A stretch of DNA of 64,000 nt from Macrostomum lignano (Eukaryota): assembly GCA_002269645.1 (NCBI GenBank), contig NIVC01003044.1:59481-123480 (forward strand), written 5' to 3'. Shown here one piece after another: positions 55,101 to 64,000 of the stretch (position 1 is its first letter; every line of letters starts with the position of its first letter). The translations under genes were made by a program, and so were the position numbers. The notes beneath the pieces were generated by a model that ran no database searches, was not told where the DNA came from, and saw nothing but the letters and a program-made list of their open reading frames with translations.

Positions 55101-58100
55101 CGGGTAATGTCTATAGTAATATCAATTATAACCTTTTTTGGGCAGAATGTAAAATGAAAGAATCAAATAAGAATGAGATTCATGCACGCCAACTCGTGCG
55201 TCTATGGCAAAGAGCACTCTTTGTTTAACAAAGCTCTAATGCACTTGAACTTGGACAATGAACTTTGATTTGCAGACATTGACGAATGCGCAGAGCACCC
55301 GAAAATCTGCGGAGTTGGTCGCAATTGCATTGGAGTGAGGTGGGTGTTTTGGAGTGAGGTGGGTGTTTTGGAGTGAGGTGGGTGTTTTGGAGTGAGGTGG
55401 GTGTTTTGGAGTGAGGTGGGTGTTTTGGAGTGAGGTGGGTGTTTTGGAGTGAGGTGGGTGTTTTGGAGTGAGGTGGGTGTTTTGGAGTGAGGTGGGTGTT
55501 TTGGAGTGAGGTGGGTGTTTTGGAGTGAGGTGGGTGTTTTGGAGTGAGGTGGGTGTTTTGGAGTGAGGTGAGTGTTTTGGAGTGAGGTGGGTGTTTTGGA
55601 GTGAGGTGGGTGTTTTGGAGTGAGGTGGGTGTTTTGGAGTGAGGTGGGTGTTTTGGAGTGAGGTGGGTGTTTTGGGGAGTGAGGTGGGTGTTTTGGAGTG
55701 AGGTGGGTGTTTTGGAGTGAGGTAGGTTTGAGGAGGATGCTATTGGTTGTTATAAAAGCTTTTTAATATCACTTTAACACAATTCAGACATCAACGAGTG
55801 CACAGAAGGCAGGCACAACTGTGACGCCAACGATGTTTGTCGAAATACACGCGGTCATTATGACTGCTTATCCAGAGACAAGGTTTGCGAGCCGGGCTTC
55901 GGGTTAAGCTTCGACCACTCCAGCTGCGTTGGTAAGATTCAGCAATAAAAAGTCTAATTGAGCATTAAAAATTGTTTCTCAAGCTAATCTGCATTGACAG
56001 ATATTGACGAGTGCCGGTTGGGTCATCACAAGTGCAGCGAACGCGAAGTGTGCAACAACACTCACGGATCCTATGTCTGCGAATGCTCGCCCGGATTCCA
56101 CAGGGTTGGCGGCAGTAGGGAGTGCACAGGTAGGAAATTGCTTCTTTGGTGTGTTGCTACGCTCGTATTCCTTAAAGTTCATTCATGTGTTGCCATTGCC
56201 TGGCGCTTTGATGTGCCGGTCGCGATTCCCTGATCCTTTGATGTGCCGCCATTTCCTGATCCTTTGATGTGCCGCCATTTCCTGATCCTTTAATGTGCCG
56301 CCATTTCCTGATCCTTTGATGTGCCGCCATTCCATGGCTTTTTGAGGAGCCGCCATTTCCTAATCCTTTGATGTGCCCCGTTTTTTACGACGATTATTCT
56401 TTATAAGCCGAAGTTCCATGGTTCTTTGATGCACCGCCATCATCTGGTCAATTGTTGTATCGTCATTCCCTCTATTTTTTTGATGAGCCGCCATTCTCTT
56501 GTTGCTTGATGATATTCTTAAACTTACCTCGCTGCCTCACCCAGACATCGACGAATGCACTTTAAAAAATGGAAGCAGCCCGTGCCCGGCACACCTGCAG
56601 TGCCGGAACAGCCCCGGTTCGTACACCTGCGTTTGTCCCCTTGGTTACCAGCCAAACAACGCTTCTGACATTGTCAACGCATCCCTGACATGCGTTGACA
56701 TCGATGAATGCGCGCAGTTGCCCGACATCTGCGGCAGCGTTGGCACCTGCCGTAACAGTCCAGCAGGCGCCTACACTTGCACCTGTCCCGGCGGCTACAT
56801 GGCCACGGACGTGGTTCGGGGCACCTGCGCAGACATCGACGAGTGCCAGTTAAACGCCTGTCCAGCAGGGCCGCGTGTCGCAACACGCCTGGCAACTACG
56901 ACTGCCAGTGTCGACCGGGGTTTCTGTTCGTGCGGCAGAAGAACCTCTGCGAAGGTGATTGGTGCTTCTGGTAGCGCTTGCCTGATTGCTGCTTCTAATA
57001 GTCTTTCCTGATTGTTGCTTTTGGTAGCGCTTGCCTGATTGCTGCTTCTATTAGTCTTTCCTGATTGTTGCTTTTGGTAGCGCTTGCCTGATTGCTGCTT
57101 CTAATAGTCTTTCCTGATTGTTGCTTTTGGTAGCGCTTGCCTGATTGCTGCTTCTAATAGTCTTTCCTGGTTGTTGCTTTTGGTAGCGCTTGCCTGATTG
57201 TTGCTTTTGGTAGCGCTTGCCTGATTGCTGCTTCTAATAGCCTTTCCTGGTTGCTGCTTCTGGTAGTCTTTCCTGATTGCTGCTTCTGGTAGTCTTTCCT
57301 GATTGCTGCTTCTAATAGTCTTTCCTGATTGTTGCTTTTGGTAGTTTTTCCTGATTGCTGCTTCCAATAGTCTTTCCTGGTTGCTGCTTTTGGTAGTCTT
57401 TTCTGATTGTTGCTTTTCCTGATTGCTGCTTCTGGTAGTCTTTCCTGGTTGCTGCTTCTGGTAAGGTCTTTCCTGATTGCTGCTTCTAGTCTTTCCTGGT
57501 TGCTGCTTCTGGTAGTCTTTCCTGATTGCTGCTTCTGGTATTCTTTCCTGATTGCTGCTTCTAATACTCTTTCCTGATTGTTGCTTTTGGTAGCGCTTGC
57601 CTGATTGCTGCTTCTAATAGTCTTTCCTGGTTGCTGCTTCTAATAGTCTTTTCTTGGTAGCTGCTTCTGGTAGCGTTTTTTTATTTCTGCTTTAACTGCC
57701 CTTTTCTGAAAGTTCTTTTCGTTGCCTGTAATGACCCAGTAAATGTGTCCCGATCCAACCGGCAGACATTAACGAATGCGACCAGCCTGACAATGAGTGC
57801 GCTCAGAATGGCACGAGCTGCTTCAACTATCGCGGCGGCTCCGCCTGCTACCGGCACTCCTGCCCTGAGGGGTTTCGTCTGCCTCGATCGGGGTCAGGAC
57901 TTCACACTGCAAACACGCTGTCGTTCAGGTGAATTCGCGCCTTCTTCCCGTTTAGTGGGAGTTTGTCCTGCTGGACTAGACCTAACTATAAGAATATAAA
58001 AGATTAAGGTATACCTGTCACATCGCACCTGTAATCATCTGATCCGCCTGTCACATTGAATTTGTAGTCGTCTGCTCTATTTACAATGCTCTACTATCCG

Positions 58101-60005
58101 ATCTACCTGTCACATCTCACTCTAGACAATCCGATCTACCTGTCACATCTCACTCTAGACAATTCGATCTACCTGTCACATCTCACTCTAGACAATTCGA
58201 TCTACCTGTCACATCTCACTCTAGACAATCAGATCTACCTGTCACATCTCACTCTAGACAATCAGATCTACCTGTCACATCTCACTCTAGACAATCAGAT
58301 CTACCTGTCACATCTCACTCTAGACAATCAGATCTACCTGTCACATCTCACTCTAGACAATCAGATCTACCTGTCACATCTCACTCTAGACAATCAGATC
58401 TACCTGTCACATCTCACTCTAGACAATCCGATCTAGCTGTCACATCTCACTCTAGACAATCCGATCTAGCTGTCACATCTCACTCTACACAATCAGATCT
58501 ACCTGTCACATCTCTCTCTAGACAATCCGATCTACCTGTCACATCTCACTCTAGACAATCCGATCTACCTGTCACATCTCACTCTAGACAATCAGATCTA
58601 CCTGTCACATCTCACTCTAGACAATCCGATCTACCTGTCACATCTCACTCTAGACAATTAGATCTACCTGTCACATCTCACTCTAGACAATCCGATCTAC
58701 CTGTCACATCTCACTCTAGACAATTAGATCTACCTGTCACATCTCACAATAAACACTCCGATCTACCTGTCGCATCTCACTCTAGACAATCCGATCTACC
58801 TGTCGCATCTCACTCTAGACAATCCGATCTACCTGTCGCATCTCACTCTAGACAATCCGATCTACCTGTCACATCTCACTCTAGACAATTAGATCTACCT
58901 GTCACATCTCACTCTAGACAATTAGATCTACCTGTCGCATCTCACTCTAGACAATCAGATCTACCTGTCACATCTCACTATAAACAATCAGATCTACCTG
59001 TCGCATCTCACTCTAGACAATCCGATCTACCTGTCACATCTCACTCTAGACAATCCGATCTACCTGTCACATCTCACTCTAGACAATCCGATCTACCTGT
59101 CACATCTCACTCTAGACAATCCGATCTACCTGTCACATCTCACTCTAGACAATCCGATCTACCTGTCACATCTCACTCTAGACAATTAGATCTACCTGTC
59201 GCATCTCACTCTAGACAATCAGATCTACCTGTCACATCTCACTATAAACAATCAGATCTACCTGTCGCATCTCACTCTAGACAATCCGATCTACCTGTCA
59301 CATCTCACTCTAGACAATCCGATCTACCTGTCACATCTCACTCTAGACAATCCGATCTACCTGTCACATCTCACTCTAGACAATCCGATCTACCTGTCAC
59401 ATCTCACTCTAGACAATCCGATCTACCTGTCGCATCTCACTATAAACACTCCGGTCTACCTGTAGTGACACCACTCGTGCGCAAGCCGGCAATACGTTAA
59501 CAGACTAAAATAAAAAAACCTGTTTAATCTCTCCTTATACAGTTGCCGTCTAATCGGCGAAGCGTGTCATCCGGCGCCAAGATTCAACGGTGGCAGGCAG
59601 CAGCGGCGGGTGTGCATCAAGCGACATCGCATTGTGCACAAAGCCCAGGAGATGCCGCTAGCAAATCGAGGCTCCTTCGTCACGGTTCAGTCGGACATGC
59701 GTCTTGGCCTGCGCGAGTGCCAGTTCAGAGCCACTCTGTTCCGGGCCAGTGGCCTTCGGACCACCAGCTATCAAGTGGAGACTACCGCTGCCCCTACCGA
59801 TGAAGAGGCCGTGCGATTTCACCAGAGACAGACGCAGCGGTACACAATTTGTAGCACAGAACTGCGAATCGGTGGCGCCGCCTCCGCCGATGGAAACTCG
59901 ACCGGCGGCACAGATCCAGTACAGTGGGCTCAAGTTGAAGTAGTCCTGATCAAAGGCGCCGCAGCCGATATATCGAACAACACCGTGAATCTTATCTACC
60001 TCTGA
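52141..60005 (+). CDS. Fibulin-like secreted protein: signal peptide, about 9 calcium-binding EGF domains and a fibulin-type C-terminal module; ~657 aa if the frameshift is repaired
   Basis: Exons 52141-52465, 53122-53460, (55276-truncated), 55788-55931, 56001-56129, 56545-56954, 57766-57928, 59543-60005. Repeated D-[IV]-[DN]-E-C...C-x-N-x-x-G-S-[YF]-x-C motifs with phase-1 introns; 1-nt frameshift at 56868-56870. Confidence 0.85.
52850..53015. repeat. Degenerate intronic repeat, ~22-bp unit AAACGGGACTAAATAGTGGATC
   Basis: About 7 diverged copies. Confidence 0.7.
53853..55250 (-). mobile_element. Internally deleted Crypton-like (tyrosine recombinase) transposon in fibulin intron 2
   Basis: Minus-strand frame ...LLATD*TVRATVITELHDAGF..IAKVTGHKRGASVERY gives the YR box II (HxxR with His lost, GH, catalytic Tyr); 8-bp direct repeat ACTTGAAC at 53853 and 55243; GTCTATGG occurs 6 times on one strand. 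Confidence 0.6.
54387..55001 (-). pseudogene. Tyrosine recombinase pseudogene (N-terminal piece fused to box II C-terminus, in-frame stop at the junction)
   Basis: ORFs 54738..55061 and 54387..54734 share one frame and are separated only by TAG; the catalytic core with the first Arg is missing. Confidence 0.6.
55332..55725. repeat. Minisatellite, 19-bp unit GGAGTGAGGTGGGTGTTTT, starting inside a cbEGF exon
   Basis: About 20 copies begin directly after ...CGVGRNCI. Confidence 0.95.
56210..56500. repeat. Degenerate intronic repeat, 26-bp unit CCTGATCCTTTGATGTGCCGCCATTT
   Basis: Period 26 (56231, 56257), decaying toward the 3' end. Confidence 0.8.
56960..57670. repeat. Intronic minisatellite, ~53-bp unit of two ~26-bp subunits
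   Basis: Begins immediately after the donor at 56955. Confidence 0.9.
58095..59463. repeat. Intronic minisatellite, 33-bp unit TCTACCTGTCACATCTCACTCTAGACAATCCGA (about 41 copies)
   Basis: Direct observation. Confidence 0.95.
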
Positions 60006-60309
60006 GGCTCTTTTTGGCCAGGAAGAAAGTTAAACTCTCTGACTTTTACTGTTTGTTATAAACTTCTATGAATAGTCAGTTAAACAAACTAAATCGTATA
60101 TACGAGTATTTGACTATTTTTGGCACCGCTTTAAAAACTTAAGTAACCCGCAAGTTAATTGGTTCTGATTATTGCAGTTGTTGATATTTTACGTGACATA
60201 TCGCTTAAATTCTGTCACTCAATGACCTTGAAAACTTGGTTGACCTTGACCTTGAGTGGTCGTGCGATAAAGGAGCTTCAAAAGCAAACTTCAGATGGCC
60301 AATTTTGAT

Positions 60310-62286
60310 ATGCATCTGGGACAGAAACTGTCAGTAACCTCAGAACCCGAGTTGCTTGGAGACAGATGTCGAATAGTGTCATTGGCATTAGCTTTTCTGT
60401 TCTTTCTAGGGGTTCACGGTAAGTTTCCGATACAGAAGAATAGGCGCTAGCTAAAGAGAGGGCGCCAGCTACAGAGAGGGCGCCAGCTACAGTGGGGGCA
60501 CCAACTACAGAGAGGGCGCCAGCTACAGAGGGGGCGCCAGCTACAGAGGGGGCGCCAGCTACAGAGGGGGCGCCAGCTACAGAGAATGCGTCAGCTACAG
60601 TGGGGGGCGCCAGTTACAGAGGGGGCGCCAGCTACAGAGGGGCGCCAGCTACAGAGGGGGCGCCAGCTACAGAGGGGGCGCCAGCTACAGAGAGGGGGCG
60701 CCAGTTACAGAGGGGGCGCCAGCTACAGAAGGGGCGCCAGCTACAGAGGGGGCGTCAGCTACAGAGGGGGCACCAGCTACAGAGAGAGCGCCAGCTACAG
60801 TGGGGGCACCAACTACAGAGAGGGCGCCAGCTACAGTGGGGGCGCCAGCTACAGAGGGGGGCGCCAGCTACAGAGAGGGGGCCAGCTATAGAGGGGCGCC
60901 AGCTACAGAGGGGGCGCCAGCTACAGTGGGGGCGCCAGCTACAGAGGGGGCGCCAGCTACAGTGGGGGCGCCAGCTACAGAGGAGGCGCCAGCTACAGAG
61001 GGGGCGCCAGCTACAGAGGGGGCGCCAGCTACAGAGGGAAGATTTCACTTGCAATATCACAAAGTCAACTTTAATAATTTCTATCTAAACTACTTAGAAA
61101 ATAGTAGTATAGAACATATATCCAACGACACAACACAGCATAAACAATGCATGCAACCATAGACAAGATTTAGCGCTTCTTTCAAAACTATAAATTTATA
61201 ACTACACTGAATTTGAAATTTAAAGAAAACTGCGTCAAGTAGATGACAAGAGAAACTGCAGAAAAATTCATATCCAAAGATAGTCGATGTGATGACTCTG
61301 AGAAACCGAAATCAAACAGAGACTGCTCGAAAGCAGCAGGAGCAGCCGACTCAGCTAGGCCAGCAGAAGAAGCCGAAGCAACAGCAGCAACAATCAAAAG
61401 TGCCATCAGTCGCCGCGGCCTTCTATCGCAAGCTAACCGAAACAGTTCAAGAAGAGAAAGGCAACGCTGAAGAGATGGTCAGATGGGCACTGACCGCCTA
61501 TGCCAACCTGTTGAAGAATATCGACAAATCTCTGCTGCTCCCGGCCAAAGAGAAGGACAGGGAGAAACAGCAGGCTAGTGCTGAGGCTGCCAGGCTGGAC
61601 AGATACCGATCTAGGGGACTGAACTGTGAGTAATGCCCTGGGGGTTCGATTCCCTACACTGCCATAGAGTAGCTTCGATACCTTTCACAAGCTCGAAACT
61701 TTGTAGATCGAATTTTCCCACAATAAAAATTTTCGCAAGCTATGAGGGCCCACCGCCAAGGCAGAGGGTGTGCAGACAGTGTGTGATTGCGTCACAATCT
61801 GCTTTATGGATCAGTGTTGATAGATCAGTGTTGATAGATCAGTGTTGATAGATCAATGTTGATATATCAGTGTTGATAGATCAGTGTTGATAGATCAGTG
61901 TTGATAGATCAATGTTGATAGATCAGTGTTGATAGATCAGTGTTGATAGATCAGTGTTGATAGATCAGTGTTGATATATCGGTGTTGATAGATCAGTGTT
62001 GATATATCAGTATTGATAGATCAGTGTGTTAGCTATCCTAGATAAAGCCGTCTCTCCCCCCCCCAGACTCCGTGCGCCACATCAGCCCAGCTATTCAGCG
62101 ACGTCAGCGAGCCGACCGCGGTCAGAGCAAGGACCTGGCTACCCTCATCGAGGAGCTGAAGCAGCAGCGCGGATCTGTGGGAGGCGTTTCTCGGCGGATT
62201 CAAGGAGTCCTCGGTTCGGGTCTGACTGCCGAACAAAAAGAAGCCGTGGCAAAAAAGAATGATGACACACTATATGAGATTTACAA
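60310..62286 (+). CDS. 5' exons of an unidentified gene (hydrophobic N-terminal segment, then Gln/Lys-rich helical region); continues past the window
   Basis: Exons 60310-60418 (G|gtaagt), 61284-61625 (T|gtgagt) and 62067-62286 (AA|gtgagt) are in phase and open; the exon-2 acceptor is the least certain. Confidence 0.55.
60445..61037. repeat. Intronic minisatellite, 18-bp unit GGGGGCGCCAGCTACAGA
   Basis: Tandem copies start ~25 nt after the donor. Confidence 0.95.
61810..62025. repeat. Intronic minisatellite, 14-bp unit GATCAGTGTTGATA
   Basis: Period 14. Confidence 0.95.
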
Positions 62287-62331
62287 GTGAGTGCTGGATA
62301 AATGCAGATCCATATGGGGTTTATTGGGGCA

Positions 62332-62460
62332 TAGATTACCTATAGATATGCGTAGATTACCTATAGATATGCATAGATTACCTATAGATATGCGTAAATT
62401 ACCTATAGGTGCATAGACTACTAGATATTCATAGATTACCTATAGATCGATACAAAAATT
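62332..62460. repeat. Short intronic repeat, 21-bp unit TAGATTACCTATAGATATGCA
   Basis: Copies at 62332, 62353 and 62374, then decaying. Confidence 0.8.
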
Positions 62461-62949
62461 ACCTTTAGATTATGCATAGGTTACAGCTATAGATGCAAAT
62501 ATTACTATAATAAACGCTCTAATACCTATAGATGCGTAGTATACTTAGACTAGACGCATCGACATAGATACGTATCAATTACTATAAGTAGTCTAGCTAT
62601 AATATTGGATTTAAACATTCCAGAACTGTGTGGCCAATTCTCGATAAGCTCAATTCAGCCAGCAAGCTTGAGAACGAAAAATGATCCAAGCGACTTGCAC
62701 TCAGTGACCTTGACCTGAGCTGAGTTAGCTCAACAAGCATTATATTAACTCTTACTTCTTTTTCCAAGCTCGTAATATTTTTTTGCCTCAACATTCGTTT
62801 GAAAGTCTGTCGCAAGGGTCTCTTGGCCGCAAACGTTCGTTCAGCTTGTCGATCGCATGAATTTAGATATTCGTAATGTCAAATGCATAGCTGAAGACAC
62901 TCCGTTTTAAAGGCCATCTTATGAAAGCAAAAAATGTATGTTGTTAATA

Positions 62950-64000
62950 AATCAGTGTTGATAGATCGGTGTTAATAAATCAGTGTTGATAGATCAGTGT
63001 TGATAGATCAGTGTTGATAGATCAGTGTTGATAATCAGTGTTGATAGATCTGTGTTGATAGATCAGTGTTGATTGATCAGTGTTGATATATCATTGTTGA
63101 TAGATCAGTGTTGATAGTCAGTGTTGATAGATCTGTGTGATAGATCAGTGTTGATAGATCAGTGTTGATTGATCAGTGTTGATAGATCGGTGCTGATAGA
63201 TCACTGTTGATAGATCAGTGTTGATAGATCGGTGCTGATAGATCAGTATTGATAGATCAGTGTTGATAGATCAGTGTTGATAGATCAGTGTTGATAGATC
63301 AGTGTTGATTGATCAGTGTTGATATATCACTGTTGATAGATCAGTGTTGATAGATCAGTGTTGATAGATCTGTGTTGATAGATCTGTGTTGATAGATCAG
63401 TGTTGATTGATCAGTGTTGATAGATCGGTGCTGATAGATCACTGTTGATAGATCAGTGTTGATAGATCGGTGCTGATAGATCAGATTGATAGATCAGTGT
63501 TGATAGATCAGTGTTGATAATCAAGTGTTGATAGATCAGTGTTGATTGATCAGTGTTGATATATCACTGTTGATAGATCAGTGTTGATAGATCAGTGTTG
63601 ATAGATCAGTGTTGATAGATCAGTGTTGACAGATCAGTGGTGTTGATAGATCAGTGTTGATAGATCTGTGTTGATAGCATCAGTGTTGATTGTCACTGTT
63701 GATATATCATTGTTGATAGATCAGTGTTGATAGATCAGTGTTGATAGATCTGTTGTGATAGATCTGTGTTGATTAGATCAGTGTTGATTGATCAGTGTTG
63801 ATAGATCGGTTGCTGATAGATCACTGTTGATAGATCAGTGTTGATAGATCGCGTGCTGATAGATCAGTATTGATAGATCAGTGTTGATAGATCAGTGTTG
63901 ATAGATCAGTGTTGATAGATCAGTGTGATTGATCAGTGTTGATATATCACTGTGATAGATCAGTGTTGTTAGATCAGTGTTGATAGATCTGTGTTGATAG
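62950..64000. repeat. Intronic minisatellite, same 14-bp unit GATCAGTGTTGATA, running to the window end
   Basis: Direct observation; indel noise rises after ~63480. Confidence 0.95.

Noticed and set aside
63480-64000. Unusual unit variants at the window end
   Set aside because: Scattered single-base indels look like low-coverage long-read consensus noise rather than biology

Overview
Eukaryotic (metazoan) genomic DNA with spliced genes whose introns are mostly filled by tandem minisatellites. This style, with Ala/Ser/Gln-rich low-complexity proteins, suggests a free-living flatworm such as Macrostomum (inference only). Genes assembled by hand from GT-AG junctions: (1) the 3' exons of an unidentified low-complexity protein ending ...EVTNF; (2) a complete 9-exon ALDH8A1 (+); (3) a 98-aa neuropeptide-like precursor; (4) an 85-aa membrane microprotein; (5) a 7-exon PLP-dependent threonine ammonia-lyase with an ACT domain (-); (6) a 138-aa secreted six-Cys protein; (7) a fibulin-like cbEGF gene with a truncated exon and a 1-nt frameshift; (8) the 5' part of an unknown gene running off the window. 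ALDH8A1 intron 7 holds an apparently intact 10,022-bp EnSpm/CACTA (CMC) transposon with CCCAGTGG termini, an AA target duplication, a 675-aa transposase, a divergent 6-exon accessory gene and nested MITEs. Fibulin intron 2 holds an internally deleted Crypton-like tyrosine-recombinase element. Most ORFs in the supplied track are artefacts of the repeats. There is no CRISPR array, rRNA or intact tRNA.
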